64,000 nucleotides of DNA from Azolla caroliniana. Lineage: Eukaryota; Plantae; Polypodiophyta. Position 1 is the first letter of the stretch. Each line of letters starts with the position of its first letter. Position numbers and translations under genes: made by a program. The stretch is from positions 20,832,001-20,896,000 of the forward strand of contig JBHGNT010000003.1 of NCBI GenBank assembly GCA_043228905.1, in the 5' to 3' direction. The notes beneath the pieces are model-generated. The model was not told the DNA's origin. It searched no databases and saw nothing but the letters and a program-made list of their open reading frames with translations. Of the stretch, positions 45,815-59,443 are shown in pieces.

Positions 45815-47326
45815 ATTTCCTTCAAAATCGTCAAAGATGTCGTAGAAGGACCGACCCACCGGGCTGAACTGGCAATTCGACAAACAATCGAAGAAAACCA
45901 AGCCAATGACCACCCTACCGAATCTGAACCGGTAAGAGGTCCACTAATCGAAATTGGTTCGACTAAGAGATTGACAAGAGGTGAAGGAGACAAAGTCGAA
46001 ACAACCAAATCACCCAAATAGGCCAAGGTACGGAAAGGGTGCACAGAATTGACCAAGGCGCGAGCCACACTTTTAATCAATCCCAAAGAAGGGGAGGATG
46101 ACTCGACATCACCAAAATCCCATTGTAGGGGCGAGTCATCCACGAGGACGCCTAAAGATTGTTCAACTAATGCCGATGATTATTAGCCAACAGAGCCGAT
46201 CGAAGGATCTGAACCAATCAACTTGGCACCTAGGAGATCTGGATGAGTCAGAAGGTTGACAAAGTTCTATCAATCGGGCCTCAACTACGTCAATTACACG
46301 GATGCATGCGAACCAAACTCCTACGAGGAAACAATCGCCACACCTAATGCCGAGAATGGCTACAAGCCATGAAATCCGAGATGGACTCGATTCATCAGAA
46401 TCAAACAATGGATTTGGTTGAACTACTAGCCTGAGGGAAGCGGTTGCCTTGCAAATGGCTCTTCAGATACAAATATGTATTTGACTCAAAGAAGCCCAAA
46501 TACAAAGCTCGGCTAGTCGCGAAACGATTCAAACAAGAACATGGGGTCCACTACGACAATATATTCTCGCCAATAGTCAACATGAACAACCTTCAGCTCC
46601 TACTTGGGGTTGTGGCGACAAAAGACCTAGAGCTCAAGCAGAGCGATGTCAAGACGACATTCCTAGACGGAGACTTGGAAGAAGACATGTATATGTCTCA
46701 ACTAGTAGGCTTCACGACAACGGGGGAGGAAGGTCACCTCGTATGTCGACTAAAGAAAATCCTTTACGACTTAAAACAAGTGCCAAGGATGTAGTACCAG
46801 AAGTTCGACTCCTACATCCAGAAGCTTGGTTACCGTTGATCCGACTCCGACCCATGTATGTATACTCAACAATTGGCCGATGAGTTCCGGATCTATATGA
46901 TCCTATATGTTGACGACATGTTGATTGTAAGGAGCAATCAAGCTGAAATCGGAAAGCTAAAGTGGAGCCTTCACGATAAGTTTGCGATGAAGGAACTCGG
47001 CCAAGCCCAACACATACTGGGCATGAGGATCGAGTGAAATCGGAAGACAAAGACTCTCCAGCTCTCCCAGTCCGACACATACTGGGCATGAAGCACTTCA
47101 ATATGGAGAACGTGAACGCAACATCAACTCCGCTTTCGACATCGATCCGACTATCAGACAAAGACTCTCCTTCGATGGATAAGGAGAGAGAGCTCAATAG
47201 GAAGATACCCTATGCATCAGTTGTAGGAAGTATCATGTACGCGATTGTGGCGACCCGACCCGACCTTGCTTATGTCATAGGTGTTGTCAGCTGGTACATG
47301 TCGAACCCAGGACGGAAGCATTGGGA

Positions 47327-47690
47327 GGTATGGATCAGAAGAGTGCTTTCTGATTTGGGAGAATATATAGATGGTGCTGTCACAATTTGGTGTGACAATA
47401 TGAGTAGCATTCAACTAGCAAAAAACCCAGTGTTCCATGCAAGAACAAAGCACATTGAAGTGCATTATCACTTTGTTAGAGAAAAAGTGATTGATGGAGA
47501 AGTGGATCTGTTGTATGTAAGTACAAATCAGCAAGTGGCTGATATTCTTATGAAGGGATTGAGCATGGAAAAACATACACAGTTTAGAGACATGATGGGA
47601 GTTATAACCATCGGCATGGTAGTTGAAAAGCATGAAGAAACGAAGATTGAAGATGATCCCAAGAAAGGATAAGTTGACCTTGAGGGGGAG
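47327..47690 (+). mobile_element. Extra RNase H end plus PPT of a preceding tandem copy of Copia H
   Basis: Near-identical to 51795-52158 and directly abuts the H 5' LTR. Confidence 0.9.
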
Positions 47691-50600
47691 TGTTGAGAAG
47701 CAAGCTCAACAAAGCTATGTGATGCTTATTCAGAAATAAGCTATAGTAGCTATTAGCTAATTAGCTACTAGTGGACATAAAGGTGAAACAACTATTTAGC
47801 TATGCACAACTATTTAGATATTGACAACTATTTAGCAACTGGCAGCTAATTAGTTGCATATATAAGTCACTTATGTACTTATGTAAAAAGTAGTAAGTAG
47901 TAAGTAGTAAGAGAGAAGTGAGAGTAGTGCAGAGAGTAAGAACAGAAAAACAAAAAACTGATGAGAGCAAGTTGAGCTGTACGTGTAATGAAGTAGAAGC
48001 TTTTGGGTTGTGCAAAGGTAAGTCTCTTTCCCCCTCCCTTTCTGTCTTGAGCACTAAACGATCTAGCACATCACGATCCGTTGTGCACACAGAAGAGCCG
48101 TTGTGCCTTCGTAACATGGTATCAGAGCAGAGTTGCTCATAAAGAAGATTGGAATAGTACAGAGATCTGAGAAGTTTGTTTCTGGTTGCTGATCTGAATC
48201 AGAGAGAGTTTTCTGTGAAGTTAACCCTAATTGAAAGAGAAAATGGTTGTAGAGAATGCAAGCCAAATAGTTACAGAAAAACTAGATAAAAACAATTTCC
48301 CGACTTGGAAATTCAGAATGACAAACTTCCTTATGGGGAAAGGATACTGGGATTATATTCAAGGACACCTAGAAGAGGCTCCAGAGATCCCTGAAGAAAA
48401 TGCATCTACTGCACAGGTTAAAGAATTTAAGGAATGGAACCAAGGGGCAAGAAAGGTATTGCATTGGTTGTCACTTAACATCTCAGATTCGATGCTTGGA
48501 CACATACAAGATGCTATGCTTCCAAAAGAATCTTGGGACAGTTTAGTAAAACTGTTTGTAGTGAATACAAAGGCAAGAAAGCTTCAGTTGAAGACTGAGC
48601 TAAATACCTTGGAAAAAGGTAAGATGTCAGTAAATGAGTATGCTCTGAAAATAAAGAGCATATGTGAATCAGTTGCTTCTATCAATGTGAAGGTAGAAGA
48701 TGATGATAAGGTGGAAATATGCTTAAGAGGTTTAGGACCTCAATATAAAAGCTTCAAAACATCTATTCTCACAAGGGATAACATCCCAAGTTTTCTAGAT
48801 CTGGTTTCAATGCTTGTAGTAGAAGAAAGATATCAAATGGATGATGTAAACAAAGGAAACTCAGAGAATGAGGGGCAAGCCCTCTACAATAGTGTTGGAA
48901 GAGGCCGAGGAAGAGGTCATGGAAGATTTGGTTCAGGTAGAACCAACAATAATTATCAAGGAAGAGGACAACAAGCCATTAGTGGAAGCAACAACATCAG
49001 AGGCAGGGGGAGCAATCGAGGCAGAGGTAAGCAAACCTATTTGAATGATGATGGTTGTTGGTATTGTGGAAAACCAGGCCACACATAGGCTGAATGCTAT
49101 AAAAAGCAAAATGATGAGAAAAGAGGGAAGAGACAGAAAAATAATTATGCCTCAACTAGTGAAGACTGTGATAAAGATGGTGCATTTGTGATGCAACATG
49201 AAACAACAGTAGTGACTAAATGTTCACAGAGATGTAATGAAGATTATATGTGGTATGTAGATTCTAGGGCATCTAATCATATGGCAGGACATAAAAACTA
49301 GTTTGAAAGTCTAAGAGAACCAGAGGTTCCTGGTTATGTACAGACGGGTGATAATACTACTCACCAAATAGAGCATGTTGGAGATATCCCATTGTGGGAA
49401 GAAAAAGGAAAAACAAAGTATATGCTAAATGTGATGCATGTTCCAAACCTTGCAAAAAATCTGATTTCTGTTGGACAGATAGTAGAGCAAGGAATGCGGG
49501 TTAAGTTTAAGCAAAGTGGATGCTTCATAGAGAAAAATGGAAAGCTCATTGCAAAAGGAAAATGAGAAGGAAGGATGTTTGTGTTAGATGTGGATATGCC
49601 TAGGAAGATTACAGGCATGTTTACAGAAGGAATGAGTGTAATCTCAGAAGTGGAAATGTGGCATAAAAGAATCGGTCACATAAGTATGCAAACATTGAAA
49701 AATATGTTGAGGAAAGATGTAGTGGTTAGACTGCCTAAGCTGGAAGACTGTGAGATGGGAAAAATATGTGAACCATGTCAATATGGAAAGCAAAATAGGT
49801 TGCCTTTCCCTCACGAAAGACATGTAAGCCAAAATTTGTTGGATTTGGTACATACAGATGTATGGGGACCAACAAAAAATGCATCAATTAGTGGATGTAA
49901 GTTTTATGTAACTTTCATTGATGATTGCTCAAGGAAAACATGGGTTTACTTCATGAAAGAAAAAAGTGAAGTATTTGATTGTTTCCGTAAGTTTAAATGC
50001 ATGGTAGAAAAGTAGGTTGGAATTAGAATAAAATGCCTAAGATCTGATGGAGGAGAATACTTCTCAAATGAGTTTTCTCATTTTCTATGTAATCAAGGGA
50101 TATGGAGACAGTTTACATGTAGATATACTCCATAGCAAAATGGAGTTGCTGAGAGAAAAAACAGAACTCTAGTGAACATAGCAAGAGCCATGATGACAGA
50201 AAAAAATATGCCATTGTATTACTAGGCAGAAGATGTAAACACAACAAACTATATCCTAAATAGATGTATAACATCTGGAGTACATGAAGTAACTCCTGAA
50301 GAATGTTTCTATGGCAGAAAGCTGAGTTTAGGACACTTAAAAGTGACTGTTTGGATGCCTTGCCTATGTTCATGTACCTGCTGAGGTGAGAAGTAAGCTT
50401 GATCCAAAAGCTGAAAAATGTATTTTTGTTGGATATTTAGAGGAGCAAAAAGGGTATGCAAATTAGAAGCTGAGAAGATCAGATAGAGAGAAAAAGACTG
50501 TTGAAAGATTTGGCTATGACACATATATGGCTATGCATTATGCATACATGTCTAAAGTGGTGCAAATCCCTGATCCAAACAACTTTGATGAAGCAAAAGC

Positions 50601-52577
50601 TGAGAAAAAATGGGTGAATGCAATGCAAGAAGAAATAGATGCATTGGTTGAAAACAAAACATGGGATTTGGTAAAGTTACCAAAAGAAAAAAATGTGGTA
50701 TGTTGCAAATGGGTCTACAAGACAAAGCATGATTCAAATGGAAATGTTAATAGACATAAAGCAAGACTTGTGGCAAAGGGATATGCCCAAATGCAAGGAA
50801 TTGATTATGATGAAACATTTTCACCGGTTGCAAAGATGGCAACCTTCAGAACACTACTTGTTGTGAGTGCAGCCAAAAGCTGGGTTTTGCACCATATGGA
50901 TGTAAAAAATGCTTTTTTACATGGTAACTTAGAAGAAGAAGTGTATATGTGTCAACTACCAGGTTTTGAAGATAAGAAGCATCCAGAATATGTTTGTAAG
51001 CTGAAAAAGACTCTCTATGGATTGAAACAAGCACCAATGGCATGGCATAAAGAACTTTCAGAATCTCTGAAAAAATTTGCTTTCAAAATGTCAAAGGTTG
51101 GTCCTTCATTGTATGTAAAAAGGATGAATGAGTGTATCGTTGTGATCTTGATATATGTTGATGATCTAATCATTGGAGGTGATTCTATGGAAGAGATAAT
51201 TAAGTTGAAGAAAAATCTGGAAATGCAATTTCAGATGAAGGATTTGGGAGAGTTGAGATACTTTCTTGGCATTGAGATGATAAGATTTAAGAGTGGTATA
51301 TATATGTTGCAAATACAGTATGCAACAACTATGTAGAAGAAGTATGGTATGCTTGGATGCAAACCTATTGGTATACCACTAGATAAGAACTGCAAATTGA
51401 GGGCTGATTTGGGAGCCAAAATAGAAGATGTAAACATGTACAAGTCTATGGTGGGCAGCCTCATATATTTGACCATAACAAGATCTTATTTGAGTTATGT
51501 TGTTGGATTAATCAGCCAGTTTATGCAACAGCCAACGAAGCCACATTTGGACTGCATAAGAAGAATTCTGAGGTATATAAAAACTACTCAGAACTATAGA
51601 CTATTTTACAAGGCTGATCTGGACATAAAGTTGGACGGATATACAGATGTTGATTGGGCTAGAAGCCAAACTGACAGAAGATTCACAAGTGGATATATGT
51701 TTACATTGGGAAGTGCAACTATTTCATGGAGTACTGTTGCATTGTCAAGTACTGAAGCTAAGTATAGAGGAGCTGCAATAGCTACCTCTAAAGAGATATG
51801 GATCAGAAGATTGCTTTCTGATTTGGGAGAATATATAGATGGTGTTGTCACAATTTGGTGTGACAATATGAGCAACATTCAACTAGCAAAAAACCCAGTG
51901 TTCCATGCAAGAACAAAGCACATTGAAGTGCATTATCACTTTGTTAGAGAAAAAGTGATTGATGGAGAAGTGGATCTGTTGTATGTAAGTACAAATCAGC
52001 AAGTGGCTGATATTCTTATGAAGGGATTGAGCATAGAAAAACATACACAATTTAGAGACATGATGGGAGTTATAGCCATCGGCATGGTAGTTGAAAAGCA
52101 TGAAGAAACGAAGATTGAAGATGATCCCAAGAAAGGATAAGTTGACTTTGAGGGGGAGTGTTGAGAAGCAAGCTCAACAAAACTATATGATGCTTATTTA
52201 GAAATAAGCTATAGTAGCTATTAGCTAATTAGCTACTAGTGGACATAAAGGTGAAACAACTATTTAGCTATGCACAACCATTTAGATATTGACAACTATT
52301 TAGCTACTGGCAGCTAATTAGTTGCATATATAAGTCACTTATGTACTTATGTAAAAAGTAGTAAGTAGTAAGAGAAGAGTGAGAGTAGTGCAGAGAGTAA
52401 GAACAGAAAAACAGAAAACTGACGAGAGCAAGTGGAGCTCTGCGTGTAATGAAGTAGAAGCTTTTGGACTGTGCAAAGGTAAGTCTCTTTGCCCCTCCCT
52501 TTCTATCTTGAGCACTAAACGATCTAGCACATCACGATCCATTGTGCACACAAAAGACCCGTAGTGCCTTCGTAACA
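47691..52577 (+). mobile_element. Copia H, full length with stops and frameshifts
   Basis: LTRs 47691-48116 and 52159-52577, PBS TGGTATCAGAGC at 48117. Gag 48243-49100 (CWYCGKPGH), PR WYVDS, IN HTDVWGP, RT YVDD, RH. Confidence 0.95.
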
Positions 52578-54994
52578 AGGAGCACATGAGCAAGTGCAAG
52601 TGGGAGGCAGGAGAACAAGCTTATTCGGATACAATCCAACTCAAACTAGTGGATCCAACCGACTCAGACAAGCCGATCTGGATAACTAGCCCAACAAGGC
52701 TAGATCCCGACTTTACCTTTATGCAGATTCGGCTGAATGACGACAGTCTTGAATATATACTTGTAACTATAGATTAGACTTGTAATCTAGGTTCACAAGC
52801 GAGGTAACCCCAATTATTTGTATACATAGGAAAGAGTAACCCTTTTACGAGGGAGTTTGTTCGCATAAAAGGATGACTCTTTCCACTTTGTATCCATAGT
52901 GTGAACATGTCCTCTAGCTAGGGATTGAGTATATAAGCTCTAACTGAACATTGTAAAGATGATCTCGGAGTGTAAGAGTTACAGAGAAAGAGAATAAGAA
53001 CTTCCATTGAAGCTCTGAAGCTGCATCCATTTTCTGTCTCTCTTCCTATTTCATATATGTGTTGTTTGTTGCACATCTTACTATAGGTCATCATCATCAT
53101 CCGCTGCCCACCACCATATCATCAACATTTATAACGGTGCTTTATTCACAATCGTTTTGCACTATGGACTCCCAAGAACGGTGGGTCGTGGACCCCTCAA
53201 CATGATGGATTTTTAGCCCAACCTACTCACCTAAGAGACCACTTGCATTGGACAACATAATCATCTACTCACTCATGGTGGCATGGAATAGTCTAAGAGG
53301 GCACTTGGAGTGTAACAACCCATGCTCATAGGCATAATGGCAGCGGCAAGAGCTTTTCTAGAACCTCAACTTCAAACAAGAGGACTGCATTATGCTCAGT
53401 GAAAGGAAGGGAATGGCTTGTGGAAGGCTTGATCGGGTTTGAATCCACACGCTTCAAGATTGGAGATGCTTCCTAATGGATGCTCTGTCGAATACGAGTG
53501 TATAATGGCCATATTCACATTGTCCCTTTGGACAGCCCAAGTTTGGGTCATTTCTATAAATAGCATAAAGGGCAGTTGCCCTAGGATAGTCACTATATAA
53601 AGTGACTTTGTAACCTTTAGTAAAGGTTGGTTGTTATCTTTTGTAATTGTTGCTATTGAAATATGATTTATACATTGTGTCTCTCTCTCTCTCTACCTCT
53701 GTGTCTATCTTGCTCGTGCATACACAAGATCTTCTTCATCACGAATGTTACTTGCACTTCCGCATTGACGGCCTTGTCCCCAACATTTGGTATCAAAGCG
53801 TTGGAGGTTCTTCAACCCGTTGTCGGCCGTCGTCACACAACACAACATTCTGTTTTCGTTTTCTTTGAAGAACAGAGAAGGGAGAATAAAAAGACAAAGA
53901 GCTTGCATCTCACTGTGTTAAATCACAAATTGGAGTAAGCAAGTCGGTTGTACTCTGTTCCTGTGATTGTAACCGCTTGAGGGGAGCTCCTTGAGCAACA
54001 ACCGACCCAATCGTGCTTCATTTGATTAAACAACATCCGAATAGGTCATCGGACGCTATTCACCCGCTTGCTGTAACTACCCGCTGCAGATTGGTCTCCC
54101 GGCAACAACCACTTCGTGCTTCACTCGGCTGATCGACATTCGAGAGGATTAGTTAGATCCGTCCCTCTCATCGTTGCAGTCATCCGAAGCAAAATTGGTC
54201 CAAACAATCGGTTTCGCGTAATCGGTATTCGGCATACAATCGGAAGCTAACCGGGCTCACTCCGACTCGGCAACATTCGGGAACACCAGCCGGTTCTGGC
54301 CCTCAAGTTACCGGAGTCACTCCGAGCAAGTTCAGCAACAAGTATCCGAAACCAAACCGACTCGGGTTCAAAACCGACTAGAACGATATCGGGTGAGCCG
54401 ACCGGCTGCACCCCACTGAGCAGATGGCATCAACATTCGGCTCATCGGAGATGAGTCTAAGGAGGTTCGACGGTTCGAACATTAACTTCTAGAAGGAACA
54501 AATGCAGGACTATCTCATAGTCAAGGGTCAGATAGACCCAATTGAGAATGAAAATCCTCCAGAAGCATACAAGGCAAACACGTGGCTAAGCTGGATAGAA
54601 TCGTCCGCACCACGATTTGGATGCACTTGTCGGAGTCTGTGTACTTCACAGTGCAATCATGCTTTGGAAAACACTGTCGGAAACTTATGAAAAGAAGGTT
54701 GCCGCAACGAAGATGTACCTCATCCGGCGCCTCTACAACTTGCAGATGAAAGAATCTGATTCGGTTCAAGCACACCTCAACGAGTACAAAAGCATAAGCT
54801 CCCAAATCTCATCTCAGGAGACGACAATTGAGGATGAATTCAGAGCAATGATACTCATGAGTAGTCTCCCCTCTGTGCAATGCTTTAGCAACTGCCATTA
54901 AGTACTCCGAAGTCACGAGCGCAATCCTAACTGAAGCAGCTTGGAGAAAGTCTTTCGCCAAAGACTCGGCAGATGAAGCTTACGTAGTACAAGG

Positions 54995-55456
54995 TGTTAG
55001 GAAACAGGTCCCTCCGGATGGGAAGTTGAGAAGAACCGTGTTGATGAGCAACCCGGAAGGCTAAACTTGTAAATAGTCGAAAGGTTACATAAGTATATAA
55101 GCACTTAGGGCAATCATGTTAGTAGAGTGCGTTATTGAAAAGTTACTGTTGACGAGGTTGTTGCCTCCGTAACTGTGAGAGTGAACGAGTGTGAGTGGAA
55201 GCGTGTGAGCTCCATAGCCGCTTGTTGGCGAAGCAGGATCTCGAGGTCGTTGCCTCTGAGATCTCTGATTGTATTCCTTTCTCTCATAGTGTTCTGTTTT
55301 GGAGTTTGTGAACTCCACGTGGTTTTTTCCCAATTCGGGTTTCCACGTTAAAATCTGTGTCATTCTCAGTTTTTGTATTCAGTTTTTTTTTTTCATTAGA
55401 TTGACTATTATTCCGCACACGAGAAACCGGTTGTGGCCGGCAACGTTTTAACTTCA
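54995..55456 (+). mobile_element. Solo LTR inserted in Copia I gag
   Basis: TG...CA, perfect 5-bp TSD CAAGG, TATATAA inside. Interrupts YVVQG|STDR. Confidence 0.85.
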
Positions 55457-58400
55457 CAAGGTTCGACTGACCGATCGAACAACTGGGGAAGAAGTTCTTC
55501 CCGACCGCCGAACAATCATCGAAGCCGGAGCAAGTCCCGACACAACCGAATCTGCAAGTACTGCAAGAAACCGGGACACATCAAAGCCGACTACAGGGCA
55601 CTCAAAGCAAAAACCGATAAAGCTCAGAGAGCGGATCAGAAGAGTAGCCGGCATGAGGAGGTCAACTACGTCGGCTCTTCAGCCGAAATTTTGACGACCG
55701 ACCCGAATATACTGTCCATAGAGAACCCAGTCGAATTAGAAGTTCTGCTTACGACTAACGAATCGAGCACATGGCTCCTAGACTCGGGCGCATCGTATCA
55801 TGTGACACCTCACCGATCTCAGTTTCGGCAATACTCGGACCGGCACTCCGACTCAGTTCGAGTCGGAAACTCGCAACACTGTGCTATAATCGGAATTGGC
55901 AACGTAGAGCTCAATCTTCCAGGAGGCTCTACACTCATACTACACAATGTCTGACACATTCCTGAGCTTTCAAGACCCTTGATCTCAGTCGGAAAACTTG
56001 ACGAAGCCGGCATCCGTGCCGGATTTTCATCAGGAGGGTGGACACTCCACAAAGGGAACCTCCTACTTGCTCGAGGACCAAAGGTACATTCATTCCTTGT
56101 ATCCTTTATATTTCACACTCAAAGAGGGTGACTTATTTTTGGTTGATATCCCCGTGTCATCCTTATGGCACGGACGACTTGGACACCTCAGCAAGGCCGG
56201 CATAACGCACTTATCCAGAGCCGATTACATCCCCAAGCTCTCCTTCTCGAATCACCAATTCTGCGAGCATTGCCAGTACCGCAAACAAGTAGCCACATCA
56301 CACCCGACATCAGCACCGAGAGAATTGAGCCCCCTTGATTTAGTCCACTCGGACGTCTGTGGCCCGATGCCACATCAGTCTCTCGGTGGTGCTTCGTACT
56401 TCATCAGTTTCATTGACGACTCGACTCGGAAGGTGTGGGCTTATCCCATCAGAACCAAAGATCGAGTGTTCTCGATCTTCTCCGAATGGCTTGCAATGGT
56501 CAAAAATTAGACTGGTCGGAAACTGAAATGTCTCCGAACCGACAATGGAGGAGAATTCAAGTTTGAAGAATTCGTCAACTTCTGCTGGGAACGCGGCATT
56601 CGACGTGATTATACGGCACCCTATAGTCCGGAGCAGAACGGAATTGCTGAACGCATGAATCAGACGATTCAAGAATGCGTAGTATCCATGCTCCATCACT
56701 CCGGACTGTCGGGTGGCTTATGGGCGGAGGCTCTACTTACGGCAGTACACATAATAAATATGTCGCCAAGTAGACCTCTAGGACTTCAAATACCTCAAGA
56801 AATATGAACCGGCAGTAAGCCGAATTAGGACAAACTGAGGATCTTCGGTTGCGAGGCGTATGCTCTCATACCGAAAGACAACCGCCGGAAACTCGAACCA
56901 AGGTCACGGAAATGTGTTTTTCTTGGATATGGACCCGACGGCGAGATCGGATACCGACTCTGGGACCCCGAGCACAGACAAATCGTCTGAAGTTCGGATG
57001 TCGTGTTCAACGAGTCGGCTATGCATAAAACAGCCGAAAGGCCTATTGAAGTCCAAAGGGTAATATTTTCCAAAGTGCCAACCCTTCATGCCAGCCCAGC
57101 CCACAACACGAGATTGGTTTCACGGGTAACCGACAACTCTCGCACCGAATCCACCGATTCGACACAGCCGAATGGCTCGACTCCCGACCATCCGACATCG
57201 ACACCCGGTGTGACTAGTCCAGTCATACCTCGCAGATTTGAGAGACTGTCGCAACCTCTAGAGAAGTACTCTCCTGGAATTTTCTTTATCGACGTCCGCG
57301 AACCGACGTCTTACGAAGAAGCATCGGCATCTGCCGATTCAGCCACATGGCATATGTTGATGGAGTCGGAAATGCACTCCATTCGGGCAAACAAGACTTG
57401 GGACTTGGTCGAATTACCGAAGAATCGACGTGCTCTTCCGTGTAAGTGGGTCTATCGACTAAAAGAGACGTCCGACTCGACCACCCCAAAGTACAAGGCT
57501 AGATTAGTTGCAAAAGGATTTCGACAAGAATATGGTGTCGACTTCGACGAAATCTTTTCACCAGTGGTGAAAATGAAGACCCTTTGTTTCATGCTCGGCA
57601 TCGCGCCCGCCGACAACTTGGAGCTGATTCGGCTAGATGTCAAAACGACATTCCTCCACGGTGACCTACAGGAGGAAATCTATATGGAGCAACCGAAAGG
57701 CTTTATGGCATCCGGCCAAGAACATCTCGTCTGTCAACTCAAGAAGAGTCTCTACGGCCTAAAACAGACACCCCGACAGTGGTACAAGAAGTTCGACGAC
57801 TTCATCCAATTGATCGACTTCTCAAAGAGCGATGAGGACCATTGTCTCTTCACCAAAACAGCTCAAGACGGGTCTCCCCCGTCTTCCTCATCATCTACGT
57901 GGACGACATGCTTCTCTCCGGTCGGCATGCCGGAGAGCTCACCGAACTCATTCGGAAACTACGGTTGAAGTTTGCCATGAAGGACCTCGATCCGGCAAGA
58001 CACATACTTGGTATGAAGATTAGTCGGCATTGCAATACACGACAACTTTTCTTGTCTCAAACCGACTACATCAGACGTGTCCTGGAACGCTTCAACATGC
58101 ACTCAGCCAAGTCTGCTTCAACCCCGCTCCCCATCAACCTTCGGCTATCTCAGCGAGACTGCCCGACATCCGGTCCGGAGGGGGAAGATATGAAGTCGGT
58201 ATCGTATGCACCGGCAGTCGGCTCCCTTATGTACGCGATGGTCGCAACACGGCCTGATATTTCTCACGTCGTAGGAGTTGTCAGGAGATTCATGTACAAC
58301 CCCGGCCGATCGCACTGGAACGCAGTCAAGCATGTGTTCAGATATCTAGCTGGCACAAAAGACCACGACATTCTTTTCGGCCCGAACTCAACCTCAGGCG

Positions 58401-59406
58401 TAGTCGGTTACACCGACTCGGACTTCGTCAGTTGTGTGCACAGTCGGAAATCAACAACTGGATACTGTTTCAAATTCGGCAATGGAGCAATCTCGTGGAA
58501 GTCAAAACTTCAAGAGTGCACAGCCACCTCAACGACCGAAGTGGAATATGTAGCTGCGTTCGACGCGGCAAAAGAAGCTCTATGGCTCGGTCGGCTGGCG
58601 CACACGTTTCGACAGGTCGACTCCGATTCGGCTCCAGTTGTCTACAACGACAGTCAAGGTGTTGTTGACTTGTCAAAAAATCTAGTTCACCACAACGCCT
58701 CTAAGCATATCGACGTTCGATATCACTTCGTTCGGGACTGCATCATTTTAGGGAAAATCGGGCTCAAGAGGATATCCACAACCGATAATGTCGCAGATGG
58801 AATGACCAAGTGTCTTTCGGCGGATCATTTCCAGTCCCTTCGGCACCAGATAGGCATAACGCAAAATCGGTCCAATTAAAGTCGAACACACAGCACAAGA
58901 TGGTTTCAGACCATCGACATCGGTTCTCTGAGGATCGACTTCAGCTCTTCCAACCCGACCAGTTCGGTCCTCTGTCTTCGGATCTTGCCGACTCTAACAA
59001 AACCGATCTGTCCGATAAACCTTGTATATATATACCTGTAATTCTTTAGATAACCCATGTATACGCCCATTACGGGGGAGTGTCGAATACGAGTGTATAA
59101 TGGCCGTATTCACATTGTCCCTTTGGACAGCCCAAGTTTGGGTCATTTCTGTAAATAGCATAAAGGGCAGTTGCCCTAGGATAGTCACTATATAAAGTGA
59201 CTTTGTAACCTTTAGTAAAGGTTGGTTGTTATTTTTTGTAACTGTTGCTATTGAAATATAATTTATACGTTGTCGTGTTGTTACGTGCGTGGTGCGTGGA
59301 GAAAGGCGGGACCACGGGGGTCTTGGACCAGGGAGTGACGGAGCGTAGGAAGTCATGCTTCACTGTTTCTGGGGCATCTCAGAAGCACACCGGAAGCAAC
59401 CGAAGG

Positions 59407-59443
<37 letters not shown>

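Larger units (their letters stand above)
42128..53127 (+). mobile_element. Copia G (old, degraded); hosts a solo LTR and Copia H
   Basis: LTRs 42128-~42410 and 52858-53127, TSD TTTAT, PBS TGGTATCAGAGC at 42412 (tRNA-iMet). Gag, PR, IN and RT fragments at 42560-47326. Confidence 0.88.
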
